From Myxococcota bacterium (GTDB lineage Bacteria > Myxococcota_A > UBA796 > SXON01), in assembly GCA_040386535.1 (NCBI GenBank), contig JAZKFH010000058.1:1-39548 (forward strand): a stretch of 39,548 nt of DNA, written 5' to 3'. Within the stretch, counting starts at the first letter, position 1. Every line of letters starts with the position of its first letter. A program made the position numbers and the translations under genes. The notes beneath the pieces were generated by a model. The model saw only the letters and a program-made list of their open reading frames with translations, was not told where the DNA came from and made no database searches. Below are positions 19,741-27,781 of this stretch, piece by piece.

Positions 19741-20525
19741 CCGGCCAGCGTCGGCTCCCCGCCTGGGTCCTGGCCGTGACCGGCCTGGTCTACTTCTTCC
19801 TGCACGCGCCGATGCTCGTGCTCGTGCTGTTCTCGTTCAACGATTCGAAGTTCTCGACCGAGTGGTCCGGCTTCACGTTCCACTGGTACACGCGCCTGTT
19901 GGAGCGGGACGACATCCTCACCGCGCTCCAGCGCAGCCTCGTGGTGGGGGGCACCTCCACCGTGATCGCGACCGTGCTCGGCACCCTGCTCGCGATGGGC
20001 CTCGCCCGGCACCGCCTCGCCGCGCGCACCGTGCTCGAAGGCCTCGTGTACGTGCCCGTGGTCACGCCCGAGATCGTGTGCGGCATCTCCCTGCTGCTGC
20101 TGTTCGTCGCGATGGGCGTGCCGCTCGGAACCGGCACGATCATCCTGGCGCACGTGGCGTTCAACATCTCTTACGTCACCGTGGTGGTGCGCGCGCGGCT
20201 CGAAGGGATGGACCGCTCGTTGGAGGAGGCGTCGCTCATCCTCGGCGCCGACGAGTGGACCACGTTCTGGCGTGTCACCGTGCCCCAACTGTGGCCGGGC
20301 ATCCTCTCCGGCGCCCTGCTCGCGTTCACCATGTCGTTCGACGACTTCGTCATCACCTCGCTCGTGTCGGGGCCGGGCACGTCCACCCTCCCCATCGTCG
20401 TGTACGGCATGGTGCGGAAGAACATCGAGCCGAGCATCAACGCCATCAGTACGATCGTGCTCGTGGTCACCACCGCGATGATCTATTTCTCCGACCGCCT
20501 CACCCGTACGCCCAAGCCCCAGTAG
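19737..20525 (+). CDS. potC: Polyamine ABC transporter permease
   Basis: SFNDS, GFTFHWY, PEIV, EEAS..LGA, SFDDFVIT and PSINAIST motifs. Confidence 0.9.
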   Translation: MTGQRRLPAWVLAVTGLVYFFLHAPMLVLVLFSFNDSKFSTEWSGFTFHWYTRLLERDDILTALQRSLVVGGTSTVIATVLGTLLAMGLARHRLAARTVLEGLVYVPVVTPEIVCGISLLLLFVAMGVPLGTGTIILAHVAFNISYVTVVVRARLEGMDRSLEEASLILGADEWTTFWRVTVPQLWPGILSGALLAFTMSFDDFVITSLVSGPGTSTLPIVVYGMVRKNIEPSINAISTIVLVVTTAMIYFSDRLTRTPKPQ

Positions 20526-20561
20526 ATCTGCCCACTGCCCAACGGAAGGGAGCTCTCTCTC

Positions 20562-21734
20562 ATGTCTGACGCCAAGAAGACCATCGCCCTCGCGGACTCG
20601 CTCGCCGAGGGCCGCATCGACCGGCGCGCCTTCGTCCGCGGCGCCCTCGCGCTCGGCCTCGGCCTGCCCAGCATCGCCGCGGTGCTCCAGGCGTGCAGCG
20701 GCGCCGAGGAGGCGCCCAAGGCTCCCCCCGAAGGCGCGGCCGCCGCCGATGCCAAGCCCGCGGGCCCGCCCGACCTCGGCGAGCTCACCAAGGAGCTCAA
20801 GATCTACAACTGGTCGGACTACATCGCCGAGGACACCGTCGCGAACTTCGAGAAGGAGACCGGCATCAAGGTCACCTACGACACGTTCGAGTCCAACGAG
20901 GAGCTGGTCGCCAAGCTCCAGGCGGGCGCGTCCGGCTACGACCTGGTGTGTCCCTCCGGCTACGCCGTGCAGGTGCTCCTGGCGCTCGACCTGCTCGAGC
21001 CGCTCCGCCCCAAGCACCTCCCCAACCTCACCAACGTCGCCCCGCAGTTCCGCAAGATGGCGTTCGATCCCACGGATGCCTACACCGTGCCTTGGCAGTG
21101 GGGCATGACCGGCATCGCCTACCGCGCCGACAAGGTCAAGGCGCCGCCCGACTCCTGGGCCGTGTTCCACGACGCCCAGTACAAGGGCAAGATGACGATG
21201 ATGGACGACATGCGCGACGTCATCGGGGCGTGGCTCAAGTTCCGCGGCAAGTCGCTCAACTCCTCGGTCGCCGAGGATCTCGCCGCCGCCAAGGCCGACG
21301 CCCTGACCGCCAAGGCGCTGCTCCAGAGCTACGTGAGCGCCCCCGTCAAGGGCCAACTCGTGGCGGGCGACGTTTGGATCGCCCAGCTCTGGAACGGTGA
21401 CACCCTCCAGGCCAAGGTCGAGAACGACAAGATCGATTGGATCCTTCCCAAGGAGGGCGGCGTCATCTGGGCCGACTCGATGGTGATCCCCAAGGGCGCT
21501 CCCAACAAGCGCGCCGCCCACGCCTTCCTCGACTACATCTTGCGCCCCGAGGTCGGCGCCGCCATCTCCGACTTCACCGGCTACGGCTCGCCCAACGCGG
21601 CCGCCACCGCCAAGATGAAGACGCCGGTGGCGTTCCCCTCGGACGAGCAGATGAAGCTGCTCGAGTTCCAGTCGGACCTGGCGGGGGCGTCGGGGGTTTG
21701 GGATCAGATCTGGACCGAGATCAAGGCGGGGTAG
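20562..21734 (+). CDS. potD: Polyamine ABC transporter substrate-binding protein with Tat-lipoprotein signal
   Basis: YNWSDYI, FESNEEL, YTVPWQWG, PKEG..IW.D motifs; N-terminal DRRAFV and LQAC. Confidence 0.9.
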   Translation: MSDAKKTIALADSLAEGRIDRRAFVRGALALGLGLPSIAAVLQACSGAEEAPKAPPEGAAAADAKPAGPPDLGELTKELKIYNWSDYIAEDTVANFEKETGIKVTYDTFESNEELVAKLQAGASGYDLVCPSGYAVQVLLALDLLEPLRPKHLPNLTNVAPQFRKMAFDPTDAYTVPWQWGMTGIAYRADKVKAPPDSWAVFHDAQYKGKMTMMDDMRDVIGAWLKFRGKSLNSSVAEDLAAAKADALTAKALLQSYVSAPVKGQLVAGDVWIAQLWNGDTLQAKVENDKIDWILPKEGGVIWADSMVIPKGAPNKRAAHAFLDYILRPEVGAAISDFTGYGSPNAAATAKMKTPVAFPSDEQMKLLEFQSDLAGASGVWDQIWTEIKAG

Positions 21735-21828
21735 GCAGGCGAGAGCGTCGTGCGCGCTGGGGTGCTTGAAGCCGCGGGCCGGCGGTGCGGGAGGTGCCGC
21801 CCGCCCTTGGCCGCCGGCACGCCATCCC

Positions 21829-22031
21829 CCGACCGGCCAAGAGTAGGGGGCCTTGCCGCCAAGGGGTGCCACTCTTGGCCGCTTTGGGGCCGATTTCCGA
21901 CCGTCGCGCGCGCCGGGCGGCGCAATTGACGGCGTTCGTCCGTCGGGTGGTCGCGTTCGGCCCGCGCACTAGGCCTCCGACCGGCCAAGAGTAGGGGGCC
22001 CTGCCGGCAGGGGGTGCCACTCTTGGCCGCT
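21829..22031. repeat. Two direct copies of a 55-bp palindromic unit (21829-21883 and 21977-22031)
   Basis: CCGACCGGCCAAGAGTAGGGGGCCYTGCCGSCARGGGGTGCCACTCTTGGCCGCT; copies differ at 3 of 55 positions; outer inverted repeat GGCCAAGAGT/ACTCTTGGCC. Confidence 0.9.
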
Positions 22032-22190
22032 CGGCGCTGGATCCCGACCGGCTCGCCCCGCTCGAACCCGCCGCCGTGGAGCCCGCCGACCACGACGCAC
22101 ATCGGATTCAAGGTTCTTGGGCAACCGACGCGGGCCGCGGTGCCCGGCGCAAGGAAAACCGAGGGATCGCATACACCTGCGCCGCGCCGA

Positions 22191-22260
22191 CCGCGCCCCC
22201 AGAGCCACACCCGCGCCCCCAGAGCCACACCGCCGCCCCAGAGCCACACCGCGCCCCCAG
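22191..22260. repeat. Tandem ~20-bp repeat CCGCGCCCCCAGAGCCACAC (about 3.5 copies)
   Basis: Exact copies at 22191 and 22211, degenerate copies after; intergenic. Confidence 0.8.
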
Positions 22261-22442
22261 CGCCCGCACCCCCCGCCCCACCCCAGCACGCCCCGCGTGA
22301 GGCACGCGGAGGGCGCCGCCTCCGGCGGCGGTCCGTCCGGGCGCGCTCGGGCGGCCGGACGACCGCGCGGCTCCGCCGCGCGCCCGCAGCGCGCCGACCC
22401 CGCCCCTGGCGGGGGCACGCCCTCCGGCTGCCCTCCGCCGCC

Positions 22443-22835
22443 CTACCCCTTCGGCTTCGACAGCTCCTGCCCCGCCACCACGAACGTCCACACCGCCAGC
22501 AACGTGCCGATCGGGAAGTTGGAGAGCTGCAGGAAGCCGAGCACGCACGCGGTGATGAGGGCCCAGCGGCGGCCCTTGCCGACGGCGAGGCCCACGAACA
22601 TGCCGAGCAGGCCCATGCAGAGGAAGACGGCCGCGATCGTGAGGCCGAGGCCGCCGAAGAACAGGCCCATCCACCACGGGGCGGGCTCGCCGGTGTTGGA
22701 GTCGGGGAGCACGGTCATCAGGCCGCCGAAGCCGGCCGCGAGGAGGCCGATGCCGACGCCGATGAGGGCCGTGAAGGCGGACCACACCGCCCACACGATG
22801 CCGAGGGGCCGGAGTTGGGGGTTCAGCGGTTCCAT
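22443..22835 (-). CDS. Small integral membrane protein (130 aa)
   Basis: AAGGAG RBS; three to four hydrophobic helices; FPIGTLL motif. Confidence 0.8.
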   Translation of the reverse strand: MEPLNPQLRPLGIVWAVWSAFTALIGVGIGLLAAGFGGLMTVLPDSNTGEPAPWWMGLFFGGLGLTIAAVFLCMGLLGMFVGLAVGKGRRWALITACVLGFLQLSNFPIGTLLAVWTFVVAGQELSKPKG

Positions 22836-22847
22836 GTCAGCTCCTTG

Positions 22848-23270
22848 CTACGACTCGTAGGTCATCGAGGCGGACACGAGGCCGGTCTCGTCCGTCACGG
22901 TGAACACGAAGACGATCGTGCCCGCCAGCGCGCAGTCGACGTTGTCGTAATCCGCGCGGAAGCTGCCGATGCAGGTCTCGTCGGTGCACGCGAGAGTGTA
23001 GGACCCGATCTCGCCGCCGGCGCGGTTGCGCACCGAGACGTCGCCCGAGACGACGGTGGCGGCGCCCTGCGGATCGGAGACGGTCAGGTCCATCTGCCAC
23101 ACCTCGCCCGCGGAGGGGTCGGTGGTGCACGCGACGCGGTCGATCGCGACGATGACGGGCGAGAACGTCGGCGGGGCGGGCTCCTCGACATCGGGCACGG
23201 CCCCGCCATTCCCGCAGCCGACCAGCCCGCCGCTGGTACAGAGCGCAAGGGCCAGCAGGCCCGGCCTCAT
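22848..23270 (-). CDS. Hypothetical exported protein or lipoprotein (140 aa)
   Basis: Signal-like N-terminus with LVGC; ATGA overlap with the sulfatase-like gene. Confidence 0.7.
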   Translation of the reverse strand: MRPGLLALALCTSGGLVGCGNGGAVPDVEEPAPPTFSPVIVAIDRVACTTDPSAGEVWQMDLTVSDPQGAATVVSGDVSVRNRAGGEIGSYTLACTDETCIGSFRADYDNVDCALAGTIVFVFTVTDETGLVSASMTYES

Positions 23271-24637
23271 TCCTCGACGCGCGCCGAGAAGTCACCGAAG
23301 TCGCGAAGGACGCCGCTCAGGTACTTGCGACGTTCGGGCGCGATGACGCCCTCCTGGAGCGGGTCGACGCCGGGGGGCAGGCGGGTGAACGCGACCTCGG
23401 TGCCGTCGGTGGCGGGCGGGGCCGAGAACCACTCGTTGCGGCGGCGCATCCAGCGGGTGCCGCCCTCGAGCAGGCAGATCTGGTTGTACCGGTACTTCTC
23501 CAGGGTCTTGCCCTGGTTGTTGTACCAACAGCTCTGCATGATGGGGTACGAGCGCTCGGGCTCGGTGACCGGGGAGAAGGTGGCCCGGGAATCGCCCACG
23601 GCGGTGAGGAGGCCGTGGTACACGTCGCGCGCGCTCACCGGGGTGTCGATGACACGCGGCGTGTCGTCCGCCGGGTCGATCCAGTAGAGGGGCACGCGGT
23701 TGCCGGCGTCGGTCACGTTGGAGAAGTGGTACACCCACCCCTGCTCGCCGAAGTTGTCGCCGTGGTCGGAGCCGAACACCACGAGGTTGCCCTGGGCGTG
23801 CATCTCCTGGATGAACGCGTCGACCACGGGGGCGAGCCTCTCCCAGGCGAGGCGCTGGCGCTGCCGGAGCAGCTTCATCATGTCGTCGCGGATGGGCTGG
23901 CTGTCCTGCGTGAGCCAGGTCTGGTTCACGAGGTGGAACAGGCTCACGATCTCGCGCATCTTCCCGATGAGGCCGTCGGCCGTGGTCTCGAAGGTGGGGC
24001 CCACGTGGTAGGGGAAGTGGGTCTCCATCAGGTTGAGGAAGAGGAACGATTGTTTTCCGTCCTTCTCGTTGGTCTCGAGGCGCTGGCGCGCCGCGTTGAA
24101 CACGTCCCCCACGGTGTCCTGCAGCCACACCTTGGACGCCTCGAGATCCTCCGAGAGCTTGCCGCTCACGAAGTCGGCGGAGAGGATCTTCTTGCGCAGG
24201 CGGGGCTTGCCGACGAGGACCAGGGCCTCGTGGATCTTGCGGTGCTGCGAGGGGACGTGGTTCCAGATGCGGAGCACCTCGTCATAGCCGCGGTCGAGCC
24301 CGAAGATCTCGGTGGTCGCGACGTTCGCGGTGATCTGGTGGGTGCGGAACCCCTGCTCGCGCATGACCTCGGCGAGGGTCGGCACGTCCTTGCGCATGCC
24401 GCGCGACTGGCTGTCCGCCCCGTGCTCATGCGGCATCAACCCCGTGAACAACGAGGCGGTGGCCGGCAGTGTCCAACAGCCGCCGGACCGCGCCTGCGTG
24501 AAGCGGGTGGCGTGCGCCGTCGCGAATGGCAGGCCGTTTCCCGGACGCGTGCCGCTCGCCTGATCGGCGTGACCGTGTACGGAGTCGTAGCGGAGCGAGT
24601 CCGCCACGAGCAGGATGATGTTGCGTGGCCTGCTCAT
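23267..24637 (-). CDS. Sulfatase-like hydrolase/transferase (alkaline phosphatase superfamily), 456 aa
   Basis: NIILLVADSLR, WTLPATASLFTG, ETHFPY and SDHGD motifs; Thr occupies the nucleophile position and there is no CxPxR. Confidence 0.85.
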   Translation of the reverse strand: MSRPRNIILLVADSLRYDSVHGHADQASGTRPGNGLPFATAHATRFTQARSGGCWTLPATASLFTGLMPHEHGADSQSRGMRKDVPTLAEVMREQGFRTHQITANVATTEIFGLDRGYDEVLRIWNHVPSQHRKIHEALVLVGKPRLRKKILSADFVSGKLSEDLEASKVWLQDTVGDVFNAARQRLETNEKDGKQSFLFLNLMETHFPYHVGPTFETTADGLIGKMREIVSLFHLVNQTWLTQDSQPIRDDMMKLLRQRQRLAWERLAPVVDAFIQEMHAQGNLVVFGSDHGDNFGEQGWVYHFSNVTDAGNRVPLYWIDPADDTPRVIDTPVSARDVYHGLLTAVGDSRATFSPVTEPERSYPIMQSCWYNNQGKTLEKYRYNQICLLEGGTRWMRRRNEWFSAPPATDGTEVAFTRLPPGVDPLQEGVIAPERRKYLSGVLRDFGDFSARVEE

Positions 24638-24680
24638 TGAACTGCCCAACTAGCACGATCCGAACGCACCGACACCGCTC

Positions 24681-25649
24681 ATGAACCCCCCTTCATCCGC
24701 CCCCTCCGCCGATTCGGCGCCGCCGCCGCCAGCTCCGCCGCGACGGCGCCGCTGGCCGTTGGTCGCGCTCGTGGCCGTCATCCTCGCGCTCGGGGTCGGC
24801 AGCGACCTCGCGCTCGACGCGGCCCGGGTGATCGGACATCGGCTCGCCGTGCTCGGCACCCTGGAGTGGGAGGGTGCCGACGGGTGGGTGGCGATCGCGC
24901 GGGCCGACGCGCGGCGGCGCCAGTGGTCGCCGGAGGACGCCTTCCTCACGCCCGCGTGGGACGAGATCGCGCCGGGCCTCGCCGTGGCCGACCTCGCGCT
25001 GCGCCGCCCGCCCAACCCGCACGTGTTCGACGTGGTCCTGGCGCGTGTCGAACCGGCGCGCTGGCGCTTCCGCGTGTGGGGCACCCCCGAGTTCGCGCCG
25101 GGCCCCGTGGGCGGCCTCGCCGTGCGCGCCGGGCTAGCGCTCGCCGTGAACGCGTCGTACTTCTCGGACGACGGCCCCCTCGGCCTCGTCGTGAGCGACG
25201 GCGCCGCGCGGGGCCGCCAGGGTCGCAACCGCGCGGCACACTTCATCCAGCGCGCCGGGGACCGTGGCCCGCGCATCATCAACGAGAAGGGCGCGGTGCT
25301 CGGCACGTTGGAGCAGGGGTTCCAGGGCTTCCCGTCCATCATGACCGCGGGCCTGACCTACACCTACCTGCGCTACGGCGGCCGCGGCTTCGACGTGTCG
25401 CGGGTGGACCGCCGCACCGCCGCGTGCCTTCTCCGCGACGGCGCGGTGGTGCTGCTCGTGACCGACACGCTCACCAACGGCCTCTCCCTCGCGGAGCTCG
25501 CCACCGTGCTCGGCGGGCTCGGGTGTGTGGACGCGATGGCGTTCGACGGTGGATCGAGCACCGGCCTCGCGATCCGGGTGGACGGGCACACACGGACGGT
25601 CGCCAACCTGGCGCCGGTGCCGGTGATCGTCGGGATCGAGGCCCGCTAG
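24681..25649 (+). CDS. Phosphodiester glycosidase (NAGPA-like) family protein
   Basis: N-terminal TM anchor; AVNASYF, RTA, GLSL.ELA and AMAFDGGSST motifs. Confidence 0.8.
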   Translation: MNPPSSAPSADSAPPPPAPPRRRRWPLVALVAVILALGVGSDLALDAARVIGHRLAVLGTLEWEGADGWVAIARADARRRQWSPEDAFLTPAWDEIAPGLAVADLALRRPPNPHVFDVVLARVEPARWRFRVWGTPEFAPGPVGGLAVRAGLALAVNASYFSDDGPLGLVVSDGAARGRQGRNRAAHFIQRAGDRGPRIINEKGAVLGTLEQGFQGFPSIMTAGLTYTYLRYGGRGFDVSRVDRRTAACLLRDGAVVLLVTDTLTNGLSLAELATVLGGLGCVDAMAFDGGSSTGLAIRVDGHTRTVANLAPVPVIVGIEAR

Positions 25650-25706
25650 GCCGCGTTTGCCTCGCCCCCGACGCGTGACTACCCCGGGAGTCGCACGGGG
25701 AATCGC

Positions 25707-25982
25707 ATGGGATGGGTCTTCGCGCTGATCTACGGCGGGGGTGTGGCGTGGATGGTCCACGTCTGGGCGGGGCGCGGGCCGCCGACGTCCCACGCGCTGC
25801 GGGACATCACCATCGGCGCCGCCGCGGGGGCGCTCGGCTTCTGGGTGTTCGGCATGCGCCTCGGGTTGGTGGAGCCGGAGGCGCTCGGCACCGCCACGCT
25901 CGGCGGGTGGTTCTGGGCCGCGCTCACGGCGCTCATCGTGAGCGTGCTGGTGCAGACAGCGGGGTTGCTGCGGCGGGCGTGA
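25707..25982 (+). CDS. Small membrane protein (91 aa, GlsB/YeaQ-like topology)
   Basis: Three hydrophobic segments; IGAAAGALG. Confidence 0.6.
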   Translation: MGWVFALIYGGGVAWMVHVWAGRGPPTSHALRDITIGAAAGALGFWVFGMRLGLVEPEALGTATLGGWFWAALTALIVSVLVQTAGLLRRA

Positions 25983-26003
25983 GCGGGCCCGTCGCGGCGA
26001 GGT

Positions 26004-26019
26004 GGTTTCACGTGGAACC
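26004..26019. promoter_or_regulatory. parS-like palindrome (intergenic)
   Basis: GGTTTCACGTGGAACC; the core GTTTCACGTGGAAC matches the parS consensus. Confidence 0.6.
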
Positions 26020-26154
26020 GCGGTGCACTGACGCACACAGATCCCACCACGAAGTCACAAAGCTGGTGCACTGGTGCCCCAGTCGGCTCGCTACAGTGCC
26101 CACATACGCGTGGCACGGCGCGTGCAGACGCTGTCCTTCCCACTCGGAGGTCGC

Positions 26155-27720
26155 ATGGCCGCACTCGCCCGCACCCAGCAGCAAGCACCCCGCGGGCGCC
26201 CCGAAGGCGCGGGCCCCGGCAAGCAGGCCTCGGGCGCCGGGGGGCGGCAGGCGCGCTTCGGCAACGAGTTCATGAAGGAGCGGCTGGGGGGAGGGTCGGC
26301 GCAGGACGCCGAGGGCAAGGGCGGCCCCGCGGAGAGCGCGGCCGCCAAGGGCGGTCCCTTCGCCGGCGGGTGGCTCAACGGGGCGCTCTCGGCCGCGTTC
26401 GGGCGGGACATCGGCGGGCTGGACGCGGGCTTCGGCGAGACCGCGGAGAACGACGCCATCGGCGCCGAGGCGCACACGAAGGACACGAAGATGTCGTTCG
26501 GCGCGGGCGTGAAGGAGGACGCCGCGGATCCGGACGCCATGGCGACCATCGCGCACGAGACCGCCCACGCGCTCGCCGGCGGCGGCTCGGGCGAGACCGC
26601 GCTGGACCAGGAGGGAGACGCCGGAGAGCACGCCGCCGACGTGGCGGGAGAGGCGTTCGCCGCCTGGGCCAAGGCGGGCTTCGAGGGGCCCGCGCCCAAG
26701 CTGGCGCCGGCGACGGGCGGCAAGGCCGCGGTGCACCGCGTCGCCAAGACCACGCTCACCGGCAACCCGCTCGTGCGCCACGGCAGTAGCGGCGCGCTCG
26801 TCCGCATCGCCCAGACCCTGCTCAACCGCCACGGCGCCTCGCTCGAGGTCGACGGCGGCTTCGGCGACAAGACCGACAACGCCGTGCGCGCGTTCCAGCG
26901 CCGCCGGGGCCTCGAGGTCGACGGCGTGATCGGGCCCGCCACCGCGGCGGCCCTGAACAAGAGCGCGGTCGCCGAGACGAAGCCCGCCACGGGCGGCGGC
27001 GGCGGCGACAAGGACGACAGCGACTACACCGTGACCGGCAAGCCGATGTTGCGCACGGGCAGCTCCGGCGCGCTCGTGACCGCGCTCCAGAAGCTGCTGA
27101 ACGCCAAGAAGGCCGGCATCGACGTCGACGGGAGCTTCGGCCAGGGCACCGACAACGCCGTGCGCGGGTTCCAGACCGCCAACGGCCTGGAGGTCGACGG
27201 CGTCGTGGGCCCGGCCACCGCCAAGCTGCTCAACAGCGCCTCGTCCAAGGACGTGGCGAAGGTGCGCGGCGGCGGCACCCCCTTCGCGGGCAACGACGCC
27301 TACGGCGACATGCGCACCAGCGTGCTCGCGGCGGCCAAGTCCCACCTCGGGGCGCCCTACTACTGGGGCGCGGACGGGCCGAGCATGTTCGACTGCTCCG
27401 GCTTCATCCTCTACGTGCTCCGCCAGGACACGGGGTTGGTGAGTTGGGGCGACGACACCGCCGGCGGCATCAAGAACCGCGTCCCGAGCACCACGAGCCC
27501 GCTCAAGGGTGACCTCATCTTCTATTCGGGTTCGTCCGGCGTCTCGCACATCGAGATGTACACGGGCAGCGGCACCACCGAGATCGGCGCCAGCGGCGGC
27601 GGCAGCAGCACCTACGGGCGGGATCCCGGCGCCAAGGTGCAGTACGGCGACATGACGGCGGACGGGCGCAGCCGCAGCTACGGGTCGATCGCGAAGATCA
27701 TCGCGGCGAAGAAGAAGTAG
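26155..27720 (+). CDS. DUF4157-like (eCIS core) domain + two PG-binding domains + NlpC/P60 cell-wall peptidase (521 aa)
   Basis: GGAGG RBS; AIGAEAHT...IAHETAHAL...EHAAD (DUF4157-like); two units of G..V..LQ.LLN...VDG.FG..T.NAVR.FQ...GLEVDGV.GP.T; LGAPYYWG...FDCSG...GDLIFY...HIEMY. Confidence 0.85.
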   Translation: MAALARTQQQAPRGRPEGAGPGKQASGAGGRQARFGNEFMKERLGGGSAQDAEGKGGPAESAAAKGGPFAGGWLNGALSAAFGRDIGGLDAGFGETAENDAIGAEAHTKDTKMSFGAGVKEDAADPDAMATIAHETAHALAGGGSGETALDQEGDAGEHAADVAGEAFAAWAKAGFEGPAPKLAPATGGKAAVHRVAKTTLTGNPLVRHGSSGALVRIAQTLLNRHGASLEVDGGFGDKTDNAVRAFQRRRGLEVDGVIGPATAAALNKSAVAETKPATGGGGGDKDDSDYTVTGKPMLRTGSSGALVTALQKLLNAKKAGIDVDGSFGQGTDNAVRGFQTANGLEVDGVVGPATAKLLNSASSKDVAKVRGGGTPFAGNDAYGDMRTSVLAAAKSHLGAPYYWGADGPSMFDCSGFILYVLRQDTGLVSWGDDTAGGIKNRVPSTTSPLKGDLIFYSGSSGVSHIEMYTGSGTTEIGASGGGSSTYGRDPGAKVQYGDMTADGRSRSYGSIAKIIAAKKK

Positions 27721-27781
27721 GTCGCGACGGGCGATCGGGCGCGTAGAGTACCGCGGGCTCTCCAGGAGCCCCGGAGCCGCC

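Noticed and set aside
19398..21872. Long antisense or alternative-frame ORFs (e.g. 19398..21872 -, 26008..28059 -, N-terminal parts of 11061..13751 and 36468..39197)
   Set aside because: Shadow ORFs of high-GC genes; Arg/Gly/Pro-rich with no motifs, overlapping well-supported CDSs.
21829..22031. CRISPR array
   Set aside because: Only two 55-bp units with a 93-bp spacer and no cas genes. The same applies to 38158-38377.
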